Source: a virus
IMG/VR virus record: IMGVR_UViG_3300044695_003767
Length of the DNA: 64,000 nucleotides
Strand: one strand, 5' to 3'
A model generated the notes under the pieces. The model saw nothing but the letters and a program-made list of their open reading frames with translations. It was not told where the DNA came from and made no database searches. Positions 8,125 to 15,312 of the stretch are shown here, piece by piece; the stretch's first letter is position 1, and the number at the start of each line of letters is the position of its first letter. The position numbers and the translations under genes are program-made.

Positions 8125-8196
8125 AATTAGAGCCGTGGAAGGTGCCTCCCGAGAGGGTTGGTATACCCCCCTTCTATACGGATGTAGAGTTCAATT
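8125..8196 (+). ncRNA. Candidate structured 5' leader RNA, family not recognised
   Basis: GC-rich nested stems: AATT-GAGC/GTTC-AATT, CCGTG/TACGG, GAAGG/CCTTC, TGCC/GGTA, and CCC-GAGA-GGG with a GNRA tetraloop. Ends just before ATG 8204. Confidence 0.45.
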
Positions 8197-8203
8197 AAAA
8201 TTA

Positions 8204-8836
8204 ATGCAACAATTCTTTACTGTAGCCCTGCCCCTTCTGGCATCGGTTACAACCAATATGGCAACACTGCCGATATTTCCTCCTTTGACGACACCACCGG
8301 TGCCGTTTTCTGTTATTAAGGAGTTTGAAACTACGACAGCGACCAAAGAGGTTGCTCCCGAAAAGCCAAAAGAGAAAAGGCTAATTTGTAAAGGGTGTTC
8401 AGAATATGAATCGCTTGCCTTGGAATTTTTCCAAGATCAAGGAATTAAAGACAGAAACGCCCTTGCTACTATCCTGGGCAATATTAAGCAAGAATCTATG
8501 TTCGTGCCTAATATTTGTGAAGGTGGTAGTAGGACTCAGTACCATCACTGCGGTCGTGGTTATGGTCTGATCCAATGGACATCTGCCGATCGTTATTATG
8601 GATTGGGTGAATTTGCTAAGAAGTTTGGTGGTTCTCCATCAGCACTTCCAACGCAACTTCGTTATCTGACGAATGAAGTTCAATGGAAACGAATCGAAGA
8701 CCGAATGAAAACTCCTGGTAAGTCTATCGATCGCTACATGAACTATGCGTACAGTTGGATTGGTTGGGGCATTCATGGTGCTCGTACATCTTATGCTCAT
8801 GAATATGCCAACCGACTGATCACGGTAGAGGTTTGA
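8204..8836 (+). CDS. Phage tail lysozyme (Phage_lysozyme2-like) muralytic enzyme with N-terminal signal/anchor
   Basis: ALATILGNIKQES, GYGLIQWT, QLRYL. ATG 8204 preferred over GTG 8120, which lies in the RNA structure. Confidence 0.8.
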   Translation: MQQFFTVALPLLASVTTNMATLPIFPPLTTPPVPFSVIKEFETTTATKEVAPEKPKEKRLICKGCSEYESLALEFFQDQGIKDRNALATILGNIKQESMFVPNICEGGSRTQYHHCGRGYGLIQWTSADRYYGLGEFAKKFGGSPSALPTQLRYLTNEVQWKRIEDRMKTPGKSIDRYMNYAYSWIGWGIHGARTSYAHEYANRLITVEV

Positions 8837-8901
8837 TACAATAGAATAACTGGGAGAGTACTTATCTCTCCCTACTAAATAAACCAGATTTACTGAAATT
8901 T

Positions 8902-9090
8902 ATGACTGAACAACAGCAACATCTTGCAAATCTTTTGCAACAAAGATCTGATCTAGACAAAGCAATTGCACAAAATAGAGAACTTTTTTGGAAAGTTCAG
9001 GGTGCAATTGAGTATCTTACCCAAATTGGAGTAACTCTTCCTGAATCAGAATCCACTGAAGAAACGGAAGAAAACTCATCTGAAGGATAA
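8902..9090 (+). CDS. Small coiled-coil hypothetical protein
   Basis: Late promoter CTAAATA at ~8875; KVQGAIEYL helix. Confidence 0.65.
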   Translation: MTEQQQHLANLLQQRSDLDKAIAQNRELFWKVQGAIEYLTQIGVTLPESESTEETEENSSEG

Positions 9091-9115
9091 TACATAGTAA
9101 GAGTGCTGTGCTCTT

Positions 9116-9520
9116 ATGATTAACTTTAATTTTGGTAAAAAGAAACCAGATAAAAAGCAACTTATAATACTCAGCGTTGTATTATCTTCTATTATCGCAG
9201 CACTCTCACAATGTACAGGAGTATCTGAAAATGGACTTTGGGATTTACTGGATGAAGTTCAAAGAAAATATTTCTCACAAACTATTCTCAATGAGATTTT
9301 TATTCAAGATCCTGACAAAGTAGAACGCAGAGTCAAACGAGATATAGATCGAGCACTTGATGAAGCGATTCCAGAATATAATCGCATCATTGAAGAAGCA
9401 GATAAACGTTATAAACCAAGATATTCTGAGAAACCACCAGATGGTAGTGAAGCACAAAGACTGCTTGGTGGGGAAATGAGAATCTGTGCTCCCTGGGTTG
9501 ACGACTGCCCTAAAGAGTAG
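9116..9520 (+). CDS. Membrane-anchored hypothetical protein
   Basis: N-terminal TM helix, charged helical body. Confidence 0.7.
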   Translation: MINFNFGKKKPDKKQLIILSVVLSSIIAALSQCTGVSENGLWDLLDEVQRKYFSQTILNEIFIQDPDKVERRVKRDIDRALDEAIPEYNRIIEEADKRYKPRYSEKPPDGSEAQRLLGGEMRICAPWVDDCPKE

Positions 9521-9526
9521 TATAAT
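9498..9526 (+). promoter_or_regulatory. Sigma70 promoter of the tRNA operon
   Basis: TTGACG-N17-TATAAT. Confidence 0.8.
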
Positions 9527-9532
9527 ATCAGA

Positions 9533-9597
9533 GTTGAGAGATCAACTGCGGCACTCCCCTTCGGTAGGTTCAGGAGTGGCGGCTATAGGAACCTACT
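9533..9597 (+). ncRNA. Candidate small pseudoknotted RNA
   Basis: GTTGA-GAGA-TCAAC hairpin, then an H-type pseudoknot CACTCC/GGAGTG with GTAGGTTC/GAACCTAC. Confidence 0.5.
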
Positions 9598-9601
9598 TTA
9601 T

Positions 9602-9675
9602 GGGTTAGTAGCTCAGATGGATAGAGCAATTCACTTCTAATGAATTGGTCGGGGGTTCGAGTCCCTCCTAACCCG
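9602..9675 (+). tRNA. tRNA-Arg(TCT)
   Basis: Cloverleaf; AATTCA-CTTCTAA-TGAATT; GGTTCGAGTCC. Confidence 0.95.
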
Positions 9676-9712
9676 TTGGAGATTTATTCTCCAATTTTAA
9701 CTGAATAAACAA

Positions 9713-9784
9713 TGGGGTGTAGCACAACGGCAGTGCGTCGAGCTGTTAACTCGCAGGTTACTGGTTCGAATCCAGTCACCCCAG
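9713..9784 (+). tRNA. tRNA-Asn(GTT)
   Basis: CGAG-CTGTTAA-CTCG; GGTTCGAATCC. Confidence 0.95.
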
Positions 9785-9785
9785 T

Positions 9786-9893
9786 TGGAAGGTCTGGAAA
9801 TGTTCGGGTCTTCCATACGAGTCGGGATCATCATATCCGACTCACTAAATCCTAAGTTTTCTTAGGTCGGGGACTTGATCACCCCCGCTCGTT
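9786..9893 (+). ncRNA. Structured spacer RNA, partly tRNA-like
   Basis: Hairpins TGGAAGG/TCTTCCA, GAGTCGG/CCGACTC, CCTAAG-TTTT-CTTAGG, GGGG-ACTTGATCA-CCCC, and ACGAG/CTCGT (alternative to the GAGTCGG stem). Confidence 0.4.
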
Positions 9894-9967
9894 GCCTTCG
9901 TAGCTCAGTTGGATAGAGCAGGGCTTTTGTAAAGCTCAGGTCGCAAGTTCAAGTCTTGTCGGGGGCT
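9894..9967 (+). tRNA. tRNA-Thr(TGT)
   Basis: GGGCT-TTTGTAA-AGCTC; GTTCAAGTC T-loop; two G-U pairs in the acceptor stem. Confidence 0.9.
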
Positions 9968-9968
9968 C

Positions 9969-9997
9969 TTGACGAAACTCAAATTTCGTCATATACT
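9969..9997 (+). promoter_or_regulatory. Sigma70 promoter with an embedded inverted repeat
   Basis: TTGACG-N17-TATACT; TGACGAAA-N6-TTTCGTCA. Confidence 0.7.
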
Positions 9998-10045
9998 TTA
10001 CAAGTCCGTGTGAAGTGAAGTGCTGGGAGAGAAATCTCCCACATT

Positions 10046-10117
10046 GCGGAGTTAGTTCAGTGGTAGAACGCTATCCTTCCAAGTTAGATGTCGTCGGTTC
10101 GAATCCGATACTCCGCT
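10046..10117 (+). tRNA. tRNA-Gly(TCC)
   Basis: Anticodon loop CTTCCAA; GCGGAGT/ACTCCGC acceptor stem. Confidence 0.95.
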
Positions 10118-10118
10118 T

Positions 10119-10192
10119 CTTAACCAAACCTTAGTTGACTTAAGATCTAAAGTACTCTATAATACTGTCCAATCTTAAGGTTTGCTTAAGAC
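10119..10192 (+). promoter_or_regulatory. Porin promoter with Pho-box-like direct repeats
   Basis: TTGACT(10135)-N17-TATAAT(10158). CTTAACCA/CTTAGTTG at 10119/10130 and CTTAAGGT/CTTAAGAC at 10174/10185, each pair 11 bp apart. Confidence 0.5.
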
Positions 10193-10260
10193 TCCTAAAT
10201 AACGAAGATTTGCCTTGTTGTAAATCTTTACATTGTCGTTTAGTACACAAAAACATTTTT

Positions 10261-11748
10261 ATGAAACTCAAACAACTGATGCTTGCACCTGTTGCTCTGG
10301 GAATGGTTGCTCCTGTTGCTGCGAATGCCGCAGACCTTAATATGGCAGCAGTCAACCAATATTCCACTTCGGAACAAGTCACAAGCATTACTCAACTGTC
10401 TGATGTCCAACCCTCGGATTGGGCGTATCAGGCCCTCAGCAACCTTGTGGATCGTTATGGTTGCGTGGCAGGATATCCTAACGGAACCTTTGGTGGTGGT
10501 AAGGCAATGACCCGTTATGAGGCAGCAGCACTTCTGAATGCTTGCTTGGATCGTGTAACCGAAGTGACTGATGAACTTCAACGTCTTTCAAAAGAGTTTT
10601 CTGAAGAACTTCTAGTTATTCGTGGTCGTGTTGATAAACTAGAAGCACAAGTTGGTCAACTTCAAGCAACTCAGTTCTCCACTACATCTAAACTTCGTGG
10701 TGAAGCAACCTTCGTTCTTGGTGGTGTAGAAGGTGCTCGTCTTGCTAACGGAACTAACGTTGGTAACACCGCTTTCAACTATGATGTTCGTCTGAACTTT
10801 GATACTTCTTTCACTGGTAAGGATTTGCTGAAGACTCGTCTGCGTTCTGGTAATTTCTCCAGTCAACCCTTTGGTTCTTCCTCGTCTCTGTTCAAACTGG
10901 ATAAGGCAGAAAGCACTTCCAATCAAGTGCAACTTGACCGTCTGTACTACCAGTTCCCTGCTCTCACTAAAGGTCTTAATCTGACTGCTGGTGCTTTGGT
11001 TCGTAACACTGAGATGTCATGGATTCCTACTGCATATAAGTCTGACATTCTCGACTTCTTTGCTGTTGCTGGTGCTCCTGGTGTCTATAACAAGGCAACT
11101 GGTTCTGGTTTCGGTGCTCAATGGGCACAACCTACTAAGAAAGGTAAGGGTGGTTTCGTTGCTGGTGTCAACTATGTGGCACAGAACGGTTCTGATTCCA
11201 CCAAAGGTGAATTTGATGCTGCTGGTGCTCTGAATACTCTGGCACAGATCGGTTATCGTGCTCCTCAGTACGGTATTGCATTCGGTTATCGTAATGGTAC
11301 TGAAGGAACTCGTATTCGTACCTTTAATGGTGTTGCTGGTAATGGTGGTACTCTTGCTGCTAATCAAACCTCCAACGGTTATGCTCTGAATGCTTACTGG
11401 CAACCCAAGAAGTCTGGTATCATTCCTTCTGTGAGTGGTGCTTATGGGTGGAACACTGTAGAAGGTCCTGCTACTCCCAAGGCTGCTACTAAGTCCGAGA
11501 CTTGGTTTGCTGGTCTTCAATGGGCAGATGTATTTGCCAAGGGTAATGCTGCTGGTTTCGCTATCGGTGCCCCTGGTAATGCTGCTTCCCTCACTAAGGA
11601 TGCTCTGATGTGGGAAACCTTCTATCGTTATCGTGTGAGTGACAACATTAGTATCACTCCTGCTGTGTTCTATGTGTCCAACAACCAAGGTCTGAAGAAT
11701 GCTTCTTCTAACTACGGCGGTGTGATTCAGACAACCTTCCGTTTCTGA
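10261..11748 (+). CDS. Cyanobacterial outer-membrane porin (SLH domain + OprB-type barrel; Som family)
   Basis: Signal peptide; SLH motif LSDVQPSDWAYQALSNLVDRYGCVAGYPNGTF...TRYEAAA; coiled coil; FSTTSKLRGE; C-terminal GVIQTTFRF. Confidence 0.92.
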   Translation: MKLKQLMLAPVALGMVAPVAANAADLNMAAVNQYSTSEQVTSITQLSDVQPSDWAYQALSNLVDRYGCVAGYPNGTFGGGKAMTRYEAAALLNACLDRVTEVTDELQRLSKEFSEELLVIRGRVDKLEAQVGQLQATQFSTTSKLRGEATFVLGGVEGARLANGTNVGNTAFNYDVRLNFDTSFTGKDLLKTRLRSGNFSSQPFGSSSSLFKLDKAESTSNQVQLDRLYYQFPALTKGLNLTAGALVRNTEMSWIPTAYKSDILDFFAVAGAPGVYNKATGSGFGAQWAQPTKKGKGGFVAGVNYVAQNGSDSTKGEFDAAGALNTLAQIGYRAPQYGIAFGYRNGTEGTRIRTFNGVAGNGGTLAANQTSNGYALNAYWQPKKSGIIPSVSGAYGWNTVEGPATPKAATKSETWFAGLQWADVFAKGNAAGFAIGAPGNAASLTKDALMWETFYRYRVSDNISITPAVFYVSNNQGLKNASSNYGGVIQTTFRF

Positions 11749-11751
11749 TAA

Positions 11752-12141
11752 ATGATGAAAAAACTCTTCAAGCATTGGAAAAATAGACCAAGAACCCGTC
11801 AAGGGTGGATTGATTTGTATGTTTCATACTTGAAGAGGATACCAGAGAGGCAATACTTTCCAATCTTTGTATTGCTCTCTCTGTATTTCGTAGTTCCATA
11901 TAGTGAGTTTGTAGTCACTGCACTCATACCACTATACTTTATCTTTGAGAAACAAGTTCGTTGGTTTTTCAGTAAAATTCCACTACCAGACTATATAAGA
12001 ATAGGTGGGTCTGTCATATTCTTTTTGGTTATGATTGATGATTACTTATTCTATTTTGCTCTTATGGCACTCGTTGCTTGGAGTGCTAAGCAAGTAAAAA
12101 AAACAAAAAAGGAGGAGGTTGACAAACAATCCTCTTTCTAG
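11752..12141 (+). CDS. Multi-TM membrane protein
   Basis: Several hydrophobic segments with basic termini. Confidence 0.65.
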   Translation: MMKKLFKHWKNRPRTRQGWIDLYVSYLKRIPERQYFPIFVLLSLYFVVPYSEFVVTALIPLYFIFEKQVRWFFSKIPLPDYIRIGGSVIFFLVMIDDYLFYFALMALVAWSAKQVKKTKKEEVDKQSSF

Positions 12142-12168
12142 TATGATAGGTAACGAGTTAGGAGGTTT

Positions 12169-12363
12169 ATGTCTCTTATTTCCCAACGTGATAGAGAAGT
12201 TGCTATTGAAGCACTTGAGCACTATAAGACTACAATTCCTTTGACTATTAGTATTGGGGAACTTCCCTCAGATACTATTATTAAACAAGATGAACAAAAG
12301 ATGATGGAAGTAAATGCTCTTCTAAATTGGATTAAACTGGAATATTTTAAGAATGAAAATTAA
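12169..12363 (+). CDS. Hypothetical protein
   Basis: AGGAGG RBS; upstream TTGACA(12119)...TATGAT promoter. Confidence 0.7.
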   Translation: MSLISQRDREVAIEALEHYKTTIPLTISIGELPSDTIIKQDEQKMMEVNALLNWIKLEYFKNEN

Positions 12364-12517
12364 TCTTTGGTATTGCAATGATATGAAACAGTGGCGTTGG
12401 ACATTAACTGATGATCATCGTCCGATTGTAAAACAGGAATCAGGTCAAAGAGAAAATCTTCGAGATGCTATGAATGATGTGGCAAATACAGTCGAATATC
12501 TTATGAGTCAGTCTTGA
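12353..12517 (+). CDS. Small hypothetical protein (not in ORF track)
   Basis: MKINLWYCNDMKQWRWTLTDD...VEYLMSQS, 54 aa, overlaps the upstream gene. Confidence 0.6.
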   Translation: MKINLWYCNDMKQWRWTLTDDHRPIVKQESGQRENLRDAMNDVANTVEYLMSQS

Positions 12518-12525
12518 CTTTTTAT

Positions 12526-12597
12526 GGGCGATTGGCGCAGCGGTAGCGCAGCTGCTTTACACGCAGACGGTCATTGGTTCGAATCCGATATTGCCCA
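12526..12597 (+). tRNA. tRNA-Val(TAC)
   Basis: CTGC-TTTACAC-GCAG; GGTTCGAATCC. Confidence 0.95.
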
Positions 12598-12643
12598 TTA
12601 TAAATATTCAAAAAAGATTGAAGAAGTATAACTGATTATAACA

Positions 12644-12901
12644 ATGGAAAATTTAAGAATCAGATGTCGATCCTGTGGTAAGGAGTTAGAGGGACATCCT
12701 ACGAAAACTATAACTTGTGGTTGTCCAAATATGGCAACAATTCGTGGAGGAGTTATTTCAGCTGTTGACTTATCCTCTGTTGTTATGCTAAACTCTGTAA
12801 ATAATAAATCAAAGTCTGGTGTTCTCACTAACGAAGATCTTGCTTTTCAAGAGGCAAGAAGACAACGTAAGGTAAGACGTTTAGATTTTGAAGTCCGCTG
12901 A
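12644..12901 (+). CDS. Small Zn-ribbon-like hypothetical protein
   Basis: CRSC...CGC; late promoter TATAAATA at 12599-12606. Confidence 0.7.
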   Translation: MENLRIRCRSCGKELEGHPTKTITCGCPNMATIRGGVISAVDLSSVVMLNSVNNKSKSGVLTNEDLAFQEARRQRKVRRLDFEVR

Positions 12902-12912
12902 GGACTTTTATC

Positions 12913-12998
12913 GGAAGATTGGCCGAGTGGTTGATGGCGATAGTCTTGAAAACTATTAACGTTAGTAGCGTTCCAGGGTTCGAATCCCTGATCTTCCT
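12913..12998 (+). tRNA. tRNA-Ser(TGA)
   Basis: ATAGT-CTTGAAA-ACTAT with a long variable arm. Confidence 0.95.
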
Positions 12999-13112
12999 TG
13001 TTACAAATATTACAAATTTTTAGATTTTCTTAATCTATATTTTTGTATCAACACAAACTTGACAAAGTAAAAGTACTCACTAGCATAACTAGTAGTATTC
13101 AACCTAAACCCT

Positions 13113-13262
13113 ATGGATCAGCACACCTACGATAATTGGGTGAAGATCAAGGAGACCTTCGAGCAGTCTGGTAATACGGACAATATGTTCTATAAGAGAG
13201 CAGTTGAAATAGTCAAAACTGGAAGAGATCCTTTGGCAAAGTTTTTTGGTGATGAAAAATGA
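13113..13262 (+). CDS. Small hypothetical protein (not in ORF track)
   Basis: MDQHTYDNWVKIKETFEQSGNTDNMFYKRAVEIVKTGRDPL..., 49 aa, downstream of TTGACA at 13059. Confidence 0.7.
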   Translation: MDQHTYDNWVKIKETFEQSGNTDNMFYKRAVEIVKTGRDPLAKFFGDEK

Positions 13263-13465
13263 TGGAACCTTTTGATGATGATTATGTAACTCGCACAGAA
13301 GTTCAGGAGATGATCGATGCTGCTATACGAAGACACAACCGTAATGCTTCTATCATTAGTATGTGCGTCGGTTGGGTGGTTCTTTCTCTATTTGCTGAGG
13401 GACTTTTAAGGTTGATTGGAGTTATTCCACCATTACTTCCATTTCTTAAAATTACTTTAAACTAA
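13259..13465 (+). CDS. Small membrane protein
   Basis: Acidic N-terminus, HNRNA, TM helix; ATGA overlap. Confidence 0.7.
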   Translation: MMEPFDDDYVTRTEVQEMIDAAIRRHNRNASIISMCVGWVVLSLFAEGLLRLIGVIPPLLPFLKITLN

Positions 13466-13578
13466 TGAGGACAATTACCGAAAAAGATTTACAAGAACTT
13501 CAACAAAGAGTTTTACAACAAAAGATAGATGAATTGTTTGAAGAACCTTCAACTTATGAGGACGAAGACAATGAGTAA
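13465..13578 (+). CDS. Small acidic peptide (not in ORF track)
   Basis: MRTITEKDLQELQQRVLQQKIDELFEEPSTYEDEDNE; TAATG overlap. Confidence 0.55.
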   Translation: MRTITEKDLQELQQRVLQQKIDELFEEPSTYEDEDNE

Positions 13579-13666
13579 TCTTTTTATATCTTCATTTTTA
13601 CTTTTTGGTTCCATTGCATTATTCATTTATTGGGGACTTACACACGCATATTCAGGAGTTGTATGA
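13571..13666 (+). CDS. NdhQ-like single-TM micro-protein (not in ORF track)
   Basis: MSNLFISSFLLFGSIALFIYWGLTHAYSGVV fits the IS-xx-L-xx-G-x-IA-xx-I-x-W-[AG]-L-xx-AY pattern of the NdhQ TM helix as I recall it. It lacks the NdhQ N-terminus. ATGA-coupled to gnd. Confidence 0.55.
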   Translation: MSNLFISSFLLFGSIALFIYWGLTHAYSGVV

Positions 13667-14706
13667 GAGTAGGATTAATCGGATTAGGTCGGATGGGAGA
13701 AGGAATGTCCCGTCGTATGATGAAGGCAGGAATTGAAGTCTGGGGTTATAGAAGAAATTATGAGAAAGCACAAGAAGCATATGAGAAGGGATATGTGAAC
13801 GGTGTCACAACTTCTATACAAACCCTTACTCAAGTGGTAAAACATACTCAGAGTGGAGTATCAGACAAATATGGTCCAGGCATCTTTATGATGGTTGTAC
13901 CTGCAGAAACAGTAGAGGAGACAATCAATGAGTTACTACGATATTGTAGTGAAGGAGATATTATTATTGATCATGGCAATAGCAATTTTAAGGACAGTCG
14001 GAAGAGAGCAGAACGTCTGGCAAAACTTGGTATCCAATATATTGATTGTGGCACTAGCGGTGGTGTTTATGGTTTGGATCGTGGATACTGTCTTATGGTT
14101 GGAGGTGGAAATACTGCAGTCGCCACTTGTGCAAAGATTTTTGATGCACTCTCCCCAGGTCTCGCAGCTGCCACCAGGACTCAATTTAACTCAGACGTAA
14201 CATCTGCTGAGTTTGGTTGGTTGCATTGTGGTGGTCCAGGTGCAGGACACTTTGTAAAGATGGTTCACAATGGAATTGAGTATGGTATAATGCAGGCATA
14301 CGCAGAAGGATTTAATATCATTAAGAACGCCAATGCAGGTGCTCAGTATGTCAGAGAAGGAGATGCGGAAATTGCCCCAATGGGAGATCCCGAAAGTTAT
14401 TGTTATGATATTGATGTTGCTGAGGTTGCTGAGTTATGGCGTCGTGGTAGTGTGGTTGGGTCTTGGTTACTTGACCTTACTGCTGATGTGCTACGCAGGG
14501 ATGGTGAGCTTAAACAGTTCTCTGGAGGTGTATCCGACAGTGGTGAGGGTCGTTGGACTGTTTCTGCCGCTGTGGATCTGGGGGTTCCCGCTCCTGTCAT
14601 TACTACTGCGTTATTTGAAAGATTTAACTCACGCAATCTCGGATCGTTCGGAGCAAAAATCTTAAACGGAATGCGTTACATGTTTGGTGGTCATCACGTA
14701 AGATAA
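13663..14706 (+). CDS. gnd: 6-phosphogluconate dehydrogenase (short form)
   Basis: GLIGLGRMG, IIDHGNS, DCGTSGG, GHFVKMVHNGIEY, DSGEGRWT, MRYMFGGH. Confidence 0.95.
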   Translation: MRVGLIGLGRMGEGMSRRMMKAGIEVWGYRRNYEKAQEAYEKGYVNGVTTSIQTLTQVVKHTQSGVSDKYGPGIFMMVVPAETVEETINELLRYCSEGDIIIDHGNSNFKDSRKRAERLAKLGIQYIDCGTSGGVYGLDRGYCLMVGGGNTAVATCAKIFDALSPGLAAATRTQFNSDVTSAEFGWLHCGGPGAGHFVKMVHNGIEYGIMQAYAEGFNIIKNANAGAQYVREGDAEIAPMGDPESYCYDIDVAEVAELWRRGSVVGSWLLDLTADVLRRDGELKQFSGGVSDSGEGRWTVSAAVDLGVPAPVITTALFERFNSRNLGSFGAKILNGMRYMFGGHHVR

Positions 14707-14717
14707 AGGAGTTATTA

Positions 14718-14885
14718 ATGGGAAGATTTAATGGATTATCGGAATACGAACTGAAACTTTTAGCAGATGCAGTCTGGTCAAGACAAAGGCATTTCGTTGC
14801 TGGAGATATAAAATTTAAAGAGTATGGAGCACTTCTAGATGAGATTCAGAAGTTGGTAGATTATAGACCAGGTGTATTTTTATAA
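14718..14885 (+). CDS. Small hypothetical protein (not in ORF track)
   Basis: AAGGAG RBS; MGRFNGLSEYELKLLADAVWSRQRHFVAGD..., 55 aa. Confidence 0.6.
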   Translation: MGRFNGLSEYELKLLADAVWSRQRHFVAGDIKFKEYGALLDEIQKLVDYRPGVFL

Positions 14886-14890
14886 CAATT

Positions 14891-15013
14891 ATGTTATTGT
14901 CAAAAGCACTTTTATTTCTTTCAATTCCTTTCGTATTATCAACACTCTACTTCGGAACACGAGGAGGATACTATGATACAAAAGATTACAACGGGAATGG
15001 AACCGCACATTAA
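14891..15013 (+). CDS. ndhP: NDH-1L complex small subunit NdhP homolog (not in ORF track)
   Basis: MLLSKALLFLSIPFVLSTLYFGTRGGYYDTKDYNGNGTAH: a TM helix plus the FGT[RK]xG[FY]YDTxxYxGNG[ST]AH C-terminus characteristic of cyanobacterial NdhP. Confidence 0.85.
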   Translation: MLLSKALLFLSIPFVLSTLYFGTRGGYYDTKDYNGNGTAH

Positions 15014-15191
15014 ACAGAGATATCAATTTGCCGCATCAGCATTTGTAAGAATGTGGGGGCACAGTTCATTACACGATCGTCGTATTATAGAATTTTGTGA
15101 AGTATGGGCTCATAGAACTGAAAATGCCCCACTGGGCAATACTGTTGATCAATATTTTTATTATGAGTTTAAAACTTGGAGGGGATATTGA
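14973..15191 (+). CDS. Hypothetical protein
   Basis: ORF overlapping the ndhP 3' end; the start may be at ATG 14997. Confidence 0.6.
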   Translation: MIQKITTGMEPHIKQRYQFAASAFVRMWGHSSLHDRRIIEFCEVWAHRTENAPLGNTVDQYFYYEFKTWRGY

Positions 15192-15304
15192 TGTTTCATT
15201 TGGTAGAAGTGCTGGCAGCAAGTCCAGTTTGGTTGGGTCTTTGTGGAGCAGGATTGACAGTTGCTCCGATTATGGGTATAATGCTTATACACCGAAATAA
15301 ATAA
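15191..15304 (+). CDS. Small single-TM protein (not in ORF track)
   Basis: MFHLVEVLAASPVWLGLCGAGLTVAPIMGIMLIHRNK; TGATG overlap. Confidence 0.55.
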   Translation: MFHLVEVLAASPVWLGLCGAGLTVAPIMGIMLIHRNK

Positions 15305-15312
15305 CGGTGTAA

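Noticed and set aside
8120-8203. Extended N-termini in the ORF track (8120, 10210, 13630, 15411, 16342, 33806, 34775)
   Set aside because: These alternative starts run through promoters, RNA structures or real upstream micro-ORFs. The downstream ATGs fit family N-termini better.
9533-9597. HDV-like (tRNA-associated theta) ribozyme
   Set aside because: No P3/L3 or P1.1 between the two stems, and the element lies 5' rather than 3' of the tRNA. Kept only as an unclassified pseudoknot.
11017-11802. 261-aa minus-strand ORF (and similar ones at 10240, 17702, 28427, 36154, 38409)
   Set aside because: Antisense shadows of strongly biased genuine genes (porin, fcl, RibB domain, psbA, psbD), with no RBS or motifs of their own.
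13000-13058. NtcA or HLR1 sites after tRNA-Ser (GTT-N8-TAC, GTA-N8-AAC, TTACA repeat)
   Set aside because: Each NtcA-like site has a mismatch and the TTACA repeat is spaced 9 rather than 10 bp. Likely chance in AT-rich DNA.
13465-13578. CP12 next to gnd
   Set aside because: The peptide is acidic but lacks the Cys pairs and AWD-x-VEEL core of CP12.
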